64,000 nt of DNA from Candidatus Latescibacterota bacterium (GTDB lineage: Bacteria > Latescibacterota > UBA2968 > UBA8231). This document shows positions 35,303 to 44,215 of the stretch, in pieces. Under the pieces are notes generated by a model. That model did no database searches. It was not told where the DNA came from and saw only the letters and a list, made by a program, of their open reading frames with translations. Numbering within the stretch: the first letter of the stretch is position 1; each line of letters opens with the position of its first letter. The stretch spans positions 1,088,001 through 1,152,000 of the forward strand of contig CBDAOB010000004.1 of assembly GCA_965197905.1 (NCBI GenBank). The letters are read 5' to 3'. The position numbers were made by a program, and so were the translations under genes.

Positions 35303-37939
35303 GTGCCCGCCCCAAAGATCACTCCGGCCATGGCTCAGTACATGCAGTTCAAGCGCCAGCACAACGACGCCATACTGTTTTTCCGCATGGGCGACTTCTA
35401 CGAGATGTTCTACGACGACGCCGTCGAGGCGTCCAACCTGCTGGGTTTGACCCTCACTGCGCGCAACCACAGCAAGTCATCCGGCTCGGTGCCGCTGGCG
35501 GGGGTTCCCCACCATGCCGCTGATTCCTACCTGGCCAAGCTGGTGCTTCTGGGGCGCAAGGTGGCCATTTGCGAGCAGATGGAGGACCCGAAGAAGGCTA
35601 AAGGCGTCGTCAAGCGCGACGTAGTGCAAGTGGTTTCTCCTGGCACGGTTTTGTCCGACTCGGTGCTCGATCAACAGCGTAACAATTTCCTGGTGAGCCT
35701 TCACTCAGGAGAGGAGCTGACCGGAGTCGCCACCATCGACCTGTCTACCGGCGATTTCACATTGAGCGAACTGACTGCCGGAGATCTATGGGGTGAGTTG
35801 GAGATACTGGCGCCGGCAGAATTTTTGATCGGTGCCGGTGTAGACGAGAAGTGGGTTGAAAAAATGCAGGTCATCCTTCCTGGCACCGCCGTCAGCCGCA
35901 TCGATGATTGGCATTTCGAGTTCAATTCGGCCTATGAGTCGCTGACGACACAACTGGAGGTCCGATCCCTAAAAGGGTACGATGCGGAGGATCTTCGGGC
36001 CGCCATCTGCGCCGGCGGGGCAGCGGTGGATTACCTTCGCGACAACCAACGCGGCGCCATCGCCCACATCAACCGTATCCAGCGCAAACGACCCGATGAC
36101 TTCCTCATGCTGGACGCAACAGCACAACGGAACCTCGAGCTGCTGGCGAACCAGCACGACGGCAAGCGGGAGGGTTCCCTGCTGGAGGTGCTCGATCAGA
36201 CCTGCACGCCCATGGGCGCACGCCTCCTGCGCCGGTGGATTGTGGCGCCGCTGCGCGACACCGCCGCCATAGTCGACCGACAGGACGCCATTGCCGCGTT
36301 GCTCGAAGCCCCCCGGCACTGTTCGGCCCTGCGGGAGGTCATGGGCGGCATCGGTGATCTAGAGCGGGTGATGGCGCGAATCTGTTGCCAGCGTGCCAAC
36401 GCGCGTGATTTGGTCGCCCTTGCCATGTCCTTACGGAGAGTGGAAGAGATTCGGTCGAATCTGGCCGCCTTGCATGGTGTCTTGCTGGAAACCTTGAGTG
36501 GCAGCGGGCTTCCAGACATTCATCCCCTCGTTTCCGAGTTGAGCGATGCCCTGGTGGATGAACCACCGCTCCACCTGTCGGACGGTGGTTTGATTCGCGA
36601 TGGGTATAACGAGAAGCTGGATGAGCTGCGCCTGGCCAGTCGCGGCGGCAAGAAGTGGATTGCCGACCAGCAGACTCACGAACGCCGGCGTACCGGAATA
36701 TCCTCACTCAAAATCGGTTACAATCAGGTTTTCGGATATTACCTGGAGGTCAGCAAGGCCAACCTCGATCGAGTACCTAAGGACTACGTCCGCAAACAGA
36801 CGCTGGCAAACGCCGAACGCTATTTTACTTCCGAACTGAAAGAGTGCGAAGCCCGCGTGCTCGGGGCGGAGGAAAAGATCGTTCAGCTGGAGAGTGAGCT
36901 GTTTGTCGAGTTGCGTTCCCGCGCCGCGGAGTGGGCCGAGCCCGTTCAGCGGGTGGCGCGGACGGTAGCCCAGATCGACGTGCTGTGCAGCCTCGCCGAG
37001 GTGGCCCGCAGTAGCAACTATGTCCGGCCCGAGCTGGATTCAGGTAGCGTGATCGAGATCCTGGGCGGTCGTCATCCGGTGGTTGAGAACCTCAGTCGCG
37101 ACGGTCGATTCGTACCCAACGACATACTGTTGGATGGGAACGGCGATCAGATTCTCCTGATCACCGGTCCCAACATGGCGGGGAAGAGTACGATCATCCG
37201 GCAAGTGGGCCTCATCGTGCTCATGGCCCAAATGGGAAGCTACGTTGCCGCCGAGCACGCCCGAATCGGTGTTGTGGATCGGATATTTACCCGCGTCGGT
37301 GCGGCAGACAACCTCGCCCGCGGGGAAAGCACCTTCATGGTGGAGATGAACGAGGCTTCCAGCATTCTCAACAACGTCACGTCGAAAAGTCTCATTCTTA
37401 TGGACGAGCTGGGACGAGGAACGAGCACCTTCGACGGGTTGAGCATCGCATGGGCCGTGGTGGAATTCCTGCACGGTCGAGACCAGGTGAGACCTCGCAC
37501 TCTGTTTGCCACCCACTACCACGAGCTCACTGAGCTAGAGGGTCAACTGGAGCGTGTTAAGAACGTCAATGTCATGGTGCGGGAAGAGGGAGACAACGTG
37601 GTTTTTCTCCACCGGTTGGAGGCGGGTCCCTGCGATCGCAGTTATGGAATTCATGTGGCGCGAATGGCCGGCATGCCGGATGCCGTCGTGCACCGGGCCC
37701 GCGAGATCCTGAGCATTCTTGAGCGCGACCAGATCGACCGCGAGCGGTTGTCTGGAGACGGAGGCGCCGCCCGAGGCGACACCCCCGTCAAGAATCAGCT
37801 GCAGCTCTTCGATGCCGTCGGGTCCACGTCCTTTCTCGAGCACGAACTGCGCGGGCTCGATATCAGCGCCACCTCTCCTCTCGACGCCCTGCTCAAGTTG
37901 AACGAATGGAAAAAACTGCTGGAGGAAGGAGATCGCTGA
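35303..37939 (+). CDS. mutS: DNA mismatch repair protein MutS
   Basis: TPAMAQY, GDFYEMF, TGPNMAGKST, STFMVEM, DELGRGTST, FATHYHEL, SYGIHVA, C-terminal QLQLF clamp-binding motif. Confidence 0.98.
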   Translation: MPAPKITPAMAQYMQFKRQHNDAILFFRMGDFYEMFYDDAVEASNLLGLTLTARNHSKSSGSVPLAGVPHHAADSYLAKLVLLGRKVAICEQMEDPKKAKGVVKRDVVQVVSPGTVLSDSVLDQQRNNFLVSLHSGEELTGVATIDLSTGDFTLSELTAGDLWGELEILAPAEFLIGAGVDEKWVEKMQVILPGTAVSRIDDWHFEFNSAYESLTTQLEVRSLKGYDAEDLRAAICAGGAAVDYLRDNQRGAIAHINRIQRKRPDDFLMLDATAQRNLELLANQHDGKREGSLLEVLDQTCTPMGARLLRRWIVAPLRDTAAIVDRQDAIAALLEAPRHCSALREVMGGIGDLERVMARICCQRANARDLVALAMSLRRVEEIRSNLAALHGVLLETLSGSGLPDIHPLVSELSDALVDEPPLHLSDGGLIRDGYNEKLDELRLASRGGKKWIADQQTHERRRTGISSLKIGYNQVFGYYLEVSKANLDRVPKDYVRKQTLANAERYFTSELKECEARVLGAEEKIVQLESELFVELRSRAAEWAEPVQRVARTVAQIDVLCSLAEVARSSNYVRPELDSGSVIEILGGRHPVVENLSRDGRFVPNDILLDGNGDQILLITGPNMAGKSTIIRQVGLIVLMAQMGSYVAAEHARIGVVDRIFTRVGAADNLARGESTFMVEMNEASSILNNVTSKSLILMDELGRGTSTFDGLSIAWAVVEFLHGRDQVRPRTLFATHYHELTELEGQLERVKNVNVMVREEGDNVVFLHRLEAGPCDRSYGIHVARMAGMPDAVVHRAREILSILERDQIDRERLSGDGGAARGDTPVKNQLQLFDAVGSTSFLEHELRGLDISATSPLDALLKLNEWKKLLEEGDR

Positions 37940-37950
37940 AGGGCGTAGTC

Positions 37951-38502
37951 ATGGCTTCAGCTGCCGATAGATTTTCAACACTGCAGAAAGTAGGCATCTT
38001 TCTCATCGTCCTGGGCCCGGAAAAAGCACGCGACATCCTGGATGGGGTCGATGTGGAGACGTTGCAGCGACTCAACGCCACCATAGAGGAGTTGGGGGAG
38101 CTGACGGCCGAGGAGAAGGCCGCCGTTATGATCGAATTCGGCGACTTCTTCTATAAAGGCAAGGAACTCCTGCCGATATCGAAACCACCCGCGAAAAAGG
38201 GCGACAAACCGCAGCGCCGGCCTGCGAAAGCGGCAGCAACGCAAACCAGCAAATTGCCCAAGACCAAGAAATCTCAGAAAACCGGAAAATCAGCGTCTGC
38301 AGCAAACAAGATAGATGCACCTGGGAGCGATTCGGCAAAGGCGGAGAGCAAATCCGCCGCGACCAAGCCGGAGGAGGAAAAGATCGTCATCTCGGCCCTG
38401 AAGAAGCTGCGCGAGCGGGTCGATCCCAAGCAGATCGATTGGAGCAAGGCTGGTTACGACTTCGGGGAGGGGTTCAAGGGTCCGACGGAAGAAAGGCGTT
38501 AA
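37951..38502 (+). CDS. Protein with FliG N-terminal-like domain, K/A/S-rich linker and short C-terminal motif
   Basis: LQKVGIFLIVLGPEKARDIL..VDVETLQRL...I..LG.LT.EEK.AV..EF resembles FliG_N; no FliG middle or C-terminal domain. Confidence 0.65.
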   Translation: MASAADRFSTLQKVGIFLIVLGPEKARDILDGVDVETLQRLNATIEELGELTAEEKAAVMIEFGDFFYKGKELLPISKPPAKKGDKPQRRPAKAAATQTSKLPKTKKSQKTGKSASAANKIDAPGSDSAKAESKSAATKPEEEKIVISALKKLRERVDPKQIDWSKAGYDFGEGFKGPTEERR

Positions 38503-38526
38503 CCGGCGCGGCTGACCGCCTTGAAT

Positions 38527-38643
38527 CTAGCGCCCGGGGGGCAATATTCCAAGTTCGCCCAACCGCCTGGCGATGAGTCGAAACATGTGGATGAGGAGTC
38601 CGGCGGCGGCGGCTATCTGGCTCAGTAGGATTACAGTTCCCAA
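38527..38643 (-). CDS. Putative 38-aa membrane micro-protein MGTVILLSQIAAAAGLLIHMFRLIARRLGELGILPPGR (not in ORF track)
   Basis: GGAAGGA 7 nt before TTG; hydrophobic helix followed by basic residues; in-frame stop just upstream. Confidence 0.5.
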   Translation of the reverse strand: MGTVILLSQIAAAAGLLIHMFRLIARRLGELGILPPGR

Positions 38644-38824
38644 GATATCGTCCTTCCGTTATATCTCACAGTGATACCCTTTACCTACCCTTTAGCAAAA
38701 CTCACTCCAAATTGCCATTGCCGACACAAGTCTATTAATTACACATAGTAACTAACGGATGCCCGATATCCGAATCGGGGCGCTGTGGGACCATATTTCC
38801 GGGAGTCGGCGGGATTTCAAGGGG

Positions 38825-39580
38825 ATGGACCGAGAGGCGATCGACGAAAGCCTGATCTTCGGACGGCATCCGGTGCTGCAAGCCCTGAAGGCCGATCAAC
38901 CGATTCAGCGGCTGTACCTACAAAAAGGAATCCAGGGAGGGCCCGTCGAAGAGCTGTTCGATCTGGTCAAACAACGGGGCATCCCGTTCGACCTCAAACA
39001 GAGGGCCTTCCTGGATCAGCTGACGGCCGCTGGCAATCATCAGGGTGTGATAGCCGTTCGGGCAGCGGGCGCCTACGCCGACTACCCGACGCTGCTCAGT
39101 AGGCTGGACCCCTGCTCCGCGTTTCTGGTAGCGCTGGACCACGTGCAAGATCCACAGAACCTCGGCGCTATCATTCGCAGCGCCTGCGCCGTGGGCGCGG
39201 ACGGTGTCGTCTTGCCGAAGCGCGGTGCAGCCGGCCTGAGCGGCGGTGCCGCCAAGGCGGCGGCTGGAACCGCCGAGATCCTGCCCGTATGCCGGGTGGC
39301 AAACCTGGTTCAATCGCTGCAGAAGGCGCGAAAAGCCGGCCTGTGGATCGTCGGTCTTGACCCGAGCGCGGATACTCCTTTTACGAAAGTGGATTACCGT
39401 ACAGGTTGCGCCATAGTGGTCGGCGGCGAAGCCGCCGGCCTGCGAAAGCTGGTTCGCGAAAACTGCGATGTCCTCGTAACCATTCCCACTACCGATCACG
39501 TCGAATCACTCAATGCTTCTGTTGCAAGCGCGTTGGTCCTGTATGAGGTGTTTCGTCAACGCTGCCAGGGTCCGACGTAG
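38825..39580 (+). CDS. rlmB: 23S rRNA Gm2251 2'-O-methyltransferase (TrmH/SpoU family)
   Basis: GRHPV..AL, HQGVIA, DPQNLGAIIRSA, GGEAAG, ESLNASVA. Confidence 0.92.
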   Translation: MDREAIDESLIFGRHPVLQALKADQPIQRLYLQKGIQGGPVEELFDLVKQRGIPFDLKQRAFLDQLTAAGNHQGVIAVRAAGAYADYPTLLSRLDPCSAFLVALDHVQDPQNLGAIIRSACAVGADGVVLPKRGAAGLSGGAAKAAAGTAEILPVCRVANLVQSLQKARKAGLWIVGLDPSADTPFTKVDYRTGCAIVVGGEAAGLRKLVRENCDVLVTIPTTDHVESLNASVASALVLYEVFRQRCQGPT

Positions 39581-42019
39581 ATGGTGCGCCTGTGTGTGGC
39601 TTGCGCGCTGTTCTGCATGACAAGCGCCAATGCCGACGACGCTCCAGCTGACACACTCGTAGTACAGCCCAATCTAGCGGAGGCCACGGCGCTTCTCGAA
39701 TTGAAGAACAGCGACAGGAAGGGTTTCAAATACAGCGGCGATAGCTTTGTGGTGTATGGTCAAAACGACTCCCTTTTTCTACATGGCGCGGCGAAGGTGG
39801 TGCACAAAGGTGTCGAGCTCGGGGCGGCCGAAATGGTCTATCGGCGCCAGGCAGAGATGGTGGAGGCACGCTCCAGCACCGACAGCAGCGGTGTCCCCGT
39901 TGGCAAACCAACCCTCACGCGAGGCGAAGATACGCTTAGAGGATCGCGGATCACCTATTCTATGGAATCCGAGCGTGCAACGATCGTCGACGGACGCATT
40001 CAACGGGACGACGCTTATTACGCCGGTCAGGTAATCAACACACTCAGCTCCGAGGAGTTTCACGTCAATCGGGGTTCCTACACCACCTGTGACTATTCCG
40101 AACCGCACTTCGACTTCTACAGCCCGCAGATCAAGGTGTTGAGCGGCGACATGGCCATTGCTAAGTCGGTGTTTGTTCGCATCAAAGAGAAACCGGTGTT
40201 TTGGATTCCGTTCTACGTTTTTTCGCTGCGAGAAAATAGGCAATCCGGGTTGCTTACGCCCAGCTTCGGTCGCCGCCCGATTCGCTTCGGCAGCAACGAA
40301 AAGGAGTGGGAGATTCGCAACTTGGGATATTACTTCGCGCCCAACGACTACATGGATATGACCGTGGCAGGGGACCTTCGAACGAGCTCCGGATGGCTTA
40401 CTAGCATGAACCTGGCCTATGCAGTGCGTTACCTGCTGAACGGCCAGTTCCAGACGCGATTGGAAAATCGCCACTCCGGGGGAGCGACGAAATGGAGCTG
40501 GTGGACCAGTCTCCGCCACAACCAGGAAGTAGGTGAAAACGCTCAGCTGCGAGCCACCGGAACCTTTCAAAGCAACAAGAACTTCGCCCGCAACAACAGT
40601 TTCAATCTGAATGACAGGCTGGACCGGACGCTTAGATCGAATGCGAGCTTTAGCAAGAGGTGGCGCGGTTCCGGGAATAGTTTGAGTGTCAACGCCAGCC
40701 ATACGGAGCGGCTGGACAGCGACCGTTTCGACACGGTGCTGCCCGAAGTGAGCTTCCGCAAAGCGAGGAAACCGATTTGGGACACACGGAACCCGGGTGT
40801 GAGACGAGGATCGCGAACCACGGAGACACCCTGGTATTCTCAGGTCTTCTACGACGGCGGGGCGCGGATGAGAAACTCGCGATTCCGTCGTGGAAACGAC
40901 GCCGCAACTGAAAGTCAGACCAGCGCCAATCTCAACCTCAATATCTCCTCTCAGCCGAAGCCGTTTTCGTGGCTACAGATCGCCCCGAGACTGAGTGAAT
41001 CCTGGTCTGATCGCGATGTTCGCGATGATTCGCTCGCGTCCGTGCGCCGGGACCGGTTCGACGCCAGCGCCCGCATCACCCAGACGTTTTACGGAATGTT
41101 CTTTCCCCAGATCGGTCCGGTAACCACCTTTCGACACGTGGTCAAACCCAGCGTCGCGTTTCGCTACCAGGCCACTCACGCCGATACGGGAGGTGTGCTC
41201 GGGATCAATGGCCGAGGCAGTCCATGGAAGCAGAACCGCCCGATCGATTTCAGCCTGGACAACACCTTTTGGGTCAAGCTGCAGCGCGGCGAGGAGGAGT
41301 CGAAAGTGCGGCTCGCGCAGCTCAATCTGTCCATCTCTTACGATGTCGACCGCGACTCACAACCCCTGTCGGAACTGCGCTCGAGCTTGAGCCTGGCTGC
41401 CGGCCGGACCCTGGACTCCAGATTGACGCTGCGCTCGAAGTTCTACGACGGCCTCAACCGTCTGGATCTGCTGAATCCGCGCCTGCAACAGATCGAGCTC
41501 AGGACCAGCTTCCGTGCGACTCGCAAAGGAACCACGACCGACGCAGCAGAACCTCATCGAGGAAGCGATTTCGCATCGTCGACGACCGAGTCGTACAATC
41601 CGCGAACGAGCGCCTACGGCTCGCGAGATTCCTTCGGCTACGAACGCGGATTGCAAAGCGATGTCCGGCGACGCGACAGAGCGACGCGTTTGCAGGTGAG
41701 TCACTACGTTTCGCGAACCCGAAGTGTGTCGAGGACCGTCATGCGGTCGTGGATTCGAGTATCCGCCAGCTGGAGCTGGTTACGCCGCTGGCACTTGCAG
41801 TATTCGGTGAATTACAACCTGCACGATCCTAATCAACCATTGGTCGCTGAAGAGCGCATCACGTCCGAGCTGCTGTCGATCCAGCGGGAGTTTCACGACT
41901 GGAGTGCTTCGTTCAACATCGAACCGAATCGATTCCATCGCGATCGCACTTTCTACCTCAAGGCCCAGCTCAAGGATATCCCGCAGATCAAGTTCGAGCG
42001 CGGTGACCGCCGCTTTTGA
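39581..42019 (+). CDS. lptD: LPS-assembly protein LptD
   Basis: Signal peptide, N-terminal jellyroll region with YTTCD...PHF, QSGLLTPSFG, GYYFAPNDY, amphipathic barrel strands. Confidence 0.85.
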   Translation: MVRLCVACALFCMTSANADDAPADTLVVQPNLAEATALLELKNSDRKGFKYSGDSFVVYGQNDSLFLHGAAKVVHKGVELGAAEMVYRRQAEMVEARSSTDSSGVPVGKPTLTRGEDTLRGSRITYSMESERATIVDGRIQRDDAYYAGQVINTLSSEEFHVNRGSYTTCDYSEPHFDFYSPQIKVLSGDMAIAKSVFVRIKEKPVFWIPFYVFSLRENRQSGLLTPSFGRRPIRFGSNEKEWEIRNLGYYFAPNDYMDMTVAGDLRTSSGWLTSMNLAYAVRYLLNGQFQTRLENRHSGGATKWSWWTSLRHNQEVGENAQLRATGTFQSNKNFARNNSFNLNDRLDRTLRSNASFSKRWRGSGNSLSVNASHTERLDSDRFDTVLPEVSFRKARKPIWDTRNPGVRRGSRTTETPWYSQVFYDGGARMRNSRFRRGNDAATESQTSANLNLNISSQPKPFSWLQIAPRLSESWSDRDVRDDSLASVRRDRFDASARITQTFYGMFFPQIGPVTTFRHVVKPSVAFRYQATHADTGGVLGINGRGSPWKQNRPIDFSLDNTFWVKLQRGEEESKVRLAQLNLSISYDVDRDSQPLSELRSSLSLAAGRTLDSRLTLRSKFYDGLNRLDLLNPRLQQIELRTSFRATRKGTTTDAAEPHRGSDFASSTTESYNPRTSAYGSRDSFGYERGLQSDVRRRDRATRLQVSHYVSRTRSVSRTVMRSWIRVSASWSWLRRWHLQYSVNYNLHDPNQPLVAEERITSELLSIQREFHDWSASFNIEPNRFHRDRTFYLKAQLKDIPQIKFERGDRRF

Positions 42020-42031
42020 GGCTCATTCGAT

Positions 42032-42490
42032 ATGAGAGTTTTGGTCCAACGCGTTCGGTTCGGCCGCATCCATGTGGAGGGTGAGCTTCGTGGACAGATC
42101 GGTCACGGTCTGGTTCTGCTGGTTGGTCTCCATGTCGACGACGACGAACAGGCGGTGGCTTTCTGTGCCGACAAGTGCACCGATTTGCGCATCTTCGCCG
42201 ACGAGGCCAGCAAGATGAATAGATCGATTCTAGATGTGGAAGGAGAAATCGTCGCCGTGTCGCAGTTCACTCTCTATGGCGATTGTCGCAAAGGCCGGCG
42301 CCCGAGCTTTTCACACGCCGCCCCCCAGGAGCAGGCTGAACCTTTGTACGAGCTGTTCGTAGAGTTGCTTCGCAACCGCGGAGTGAAGGTGGCCACCGGC
42401 GAATTCGGTGCCTCGATGCTGGTGGAAATCCACAACGACGGTCCCGTCACTCTGATCGTCGAGAGCCCACCCAAAGGGGACGATGGCTGA
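42032..42490 (+). CDS. dtd: D-aminoacyl-tRNA deacylase
   Basis: MRVLVQRV, SQFTL.GD..KGRRPSF, NDGPVT. Confidence 0.97.
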   Translation: MRVLVQRVRFGRIHVEGELRGQIGHGLVLLVGLHVDDDEQAVAFCADKCTDLRIFADEASKMNRSILDVEGEIVAVSQFTLYGDCRKGRRPSFSHAAPQEQAEPLYELFVELLRNRGVKVATGEFGASMLVEIHNDGPVTLIVESPPKGDDG

Positions 42491-43085
42491 ATCCGTCAGA
42501 GTCGTGCTCGCCTCGAACTCTCCCCGGCGAAGAGATCTGCTGCGCCAAATCGGGGTGCCGTTCGAGCAGATTGCCAGTCCGGCGGCGGAGCCCGAGCCGG
42601 GAGGGCTTGGTCCAGACCGACACGTTCTCCGCTCAGCGCAAGCGAAAGCTCGGGCGGTGCGCGATCTCCTTGAACACAAAGGAGAGGCGGAACGTCCGAC
42701 CATCGTAATTGGCGCCGATACGGTTGTGAGCGTCGATGGAGATATGCTCGGCAAGCCGGCGGACGAGAATCAAAGTCGCGACATGCTGCGACGCCTCTCG
42801 GGCCGGGTGCATCAGGTGTTCACGGGCGTGGTCGTCATAGGTCCCTATGGCGGTGAATTGGCCGCCAGCGTAGTGACGGCCGTTACCATCAAGGCGTTGT
42901 CGTCACGGGAGGTGGAGACCTACGCGGCAAGCGGAGAGCCGCTTGACAAAGCTGGGGCTTACGCTATCCAAGGCTTGGCTGCCCGTTTCGTTGAACGGGT
43001 GGAAGGATGTTATTATAATGTTGTCGGTTTGCCCCTCTCCCGGCTTTGTGAAATGCTCGAAGAGGCCGGATACGAACTTCCTTGA
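42483..43085 (+). CDS. maf: Maf-family nucleoside triphosphate pyrophosphatase
   Basis: LASNSPRR..LL, IGADTVV, GKP, DKAGAYAIQG, NVVGLP. Confidence 0.95.
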   Translation: MAESVRVVLASNSPRRRDLLRQIGVPFEQIASPAAEPEPGGLGPDRHVLRSAQAKARAVRDLLEHKGEAERPTIVIGADTVVSVDGDMLGKPADENQSRDMLRRLSGRVHQVFTGVVVIGPYGGELAASVVTAVTIKALSSREVETYAASGEPLDKAGAYAIQGLAARFVERVEGCYYNVVGLPLSRLCEMLEEAGYELP

Positions 43086-43135
43086 TCCAATGACCGCCCC
43101 GTTCTGTTTCCCTTGGAAGGTATGCTGAAATCCCC

Positions 43136-44215
43136 ATGAGCGAGGAGATTTCTCAACATCTGAAGCAAGCTCGGGAAGCCCGGGACGAGCACCTCACCGA
43201 GGCCTGCGAGAGGAGCGGTATCAGTCTGGCGATTCTGCAGGGTCTCGAAGCGGCCCGTTTCGACACCGTCGAGCCGATTTACATGCGCCTGGGGTTGCGC
43301 TCCTACTCCGAGTATCTCGGGCTCGATACAGCGGCGCTGTTGAACGCGTTCGACAAGGATGTGGCGACCAGGTTACCGGACGATCCGGTGCCTCCCGCTG
43401 TGCCCCGACCGCAGAAACCGAGAGGCGGACGGGTTTCATCCATCTCCAGGCGTCAGGTGGTGGCCGTGGTGGTCCTTCTTCTAGCCCTTGTCGCCCTAGC
43501 CTGGATGTTGGTAACGGAATTTTCGGAAAATGGCGAGTTGCAGGATACCGAATTGGCACAACCTAGTGCAGGCCTGTCGGATGCCGGCTCCGAGCAAGCC
43601 AGCATCTCGGCACCGACGGCTCTACTTGCTGCGGCGGATAGCCTTCCGCACTCAGATCCGGTCGTGTCAGATGAAGAGAGTGGTGAGCGCCAGACCGCAG
43701 GCGACGAAGAAATCGAGCCCGTACTCCAGGATGATCTCACCTCCGCGGAGGGCGCCGATACACCCGCGTCGAACAGCACGGGGGCAAACATGCGGTTTGG
43801 GCGGGAATACGAGGCGTTGCCGAATGAGGCATCGGGGAACTCAGCATCGCCCGCGAACCTGGCCGCGTCACCAGAGGTGATTGGAGAGCCGCTGGACGCA
43901 TCCGCCCTCGTGCTGGAGGTCGAGGCGATCGACTCAACCTGGGTGCAAGTCTCGTGGGATGGCCGGGATACCTTTCAGGGCATACTCGCGCCCGGCTTGA
44001 AACGTCGTTGGGTCGCCCGTGAGAAATTTCTGGTGCGCTCGGGGAGAGCCCACGGGGCGCGTTACTGGCTTCAGGGAAATCTTCTCGGCAATGGCCGCCT
44101 CGGGGAGGCGACCAAGGTGTTGCGATTCCGCGCGGACAACAACGGCGTCACCCTGCTGGGGCCGGAACTGGAACCGCTGTCGCTTACGCCAGCGACCTCT
44201 GACGCGGCGGAATGA
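43136..44215 (+). CDS. RodZ-like protein (HTH, TM, DUF4115-like C-terminus)
   Basis: LKQARE...YMRLGLRSYSEYLGLD, single TM, LEVEAIDSTWVQV..DG. Confidence 0.8.
   Translation: MSEEISQHLKQAREARDEHLTEACERSGISLAILQGLEAARFDTVEPIYMRLGLRSYSEYLGLDTAALLNAFDKDVATRLPDDPVPPAVPRPQKPRGGRVSSISRRQVVAVVVLLLALVALAWMLVTEFSENGELQDTELAQPSAGLSDAGSEQASISAPTALLAAADSLPHSDPVVSDEESGERQTAGDEEIEPVLQDDLTSAEGADTPASNSTGANMRFGREYEALPNEASGNSASPANLAASPEVIGEPLDASALVLEVEAIDSTWVQVSWDGRDTFQGILAPGLKRRWVAREKFLVRSGRAHGARYWLQGNLLGNGRLGEATKVLRFRADNNGVTLLGPELEPLSLTPATSDAAE

Noticed and set aside
38568..38590. GATGAG...GAAAC resembling a hammerhead core
   Set aside because: Lacks CUGANGA and stem II; better explained by the minus-strand micro-ORF.
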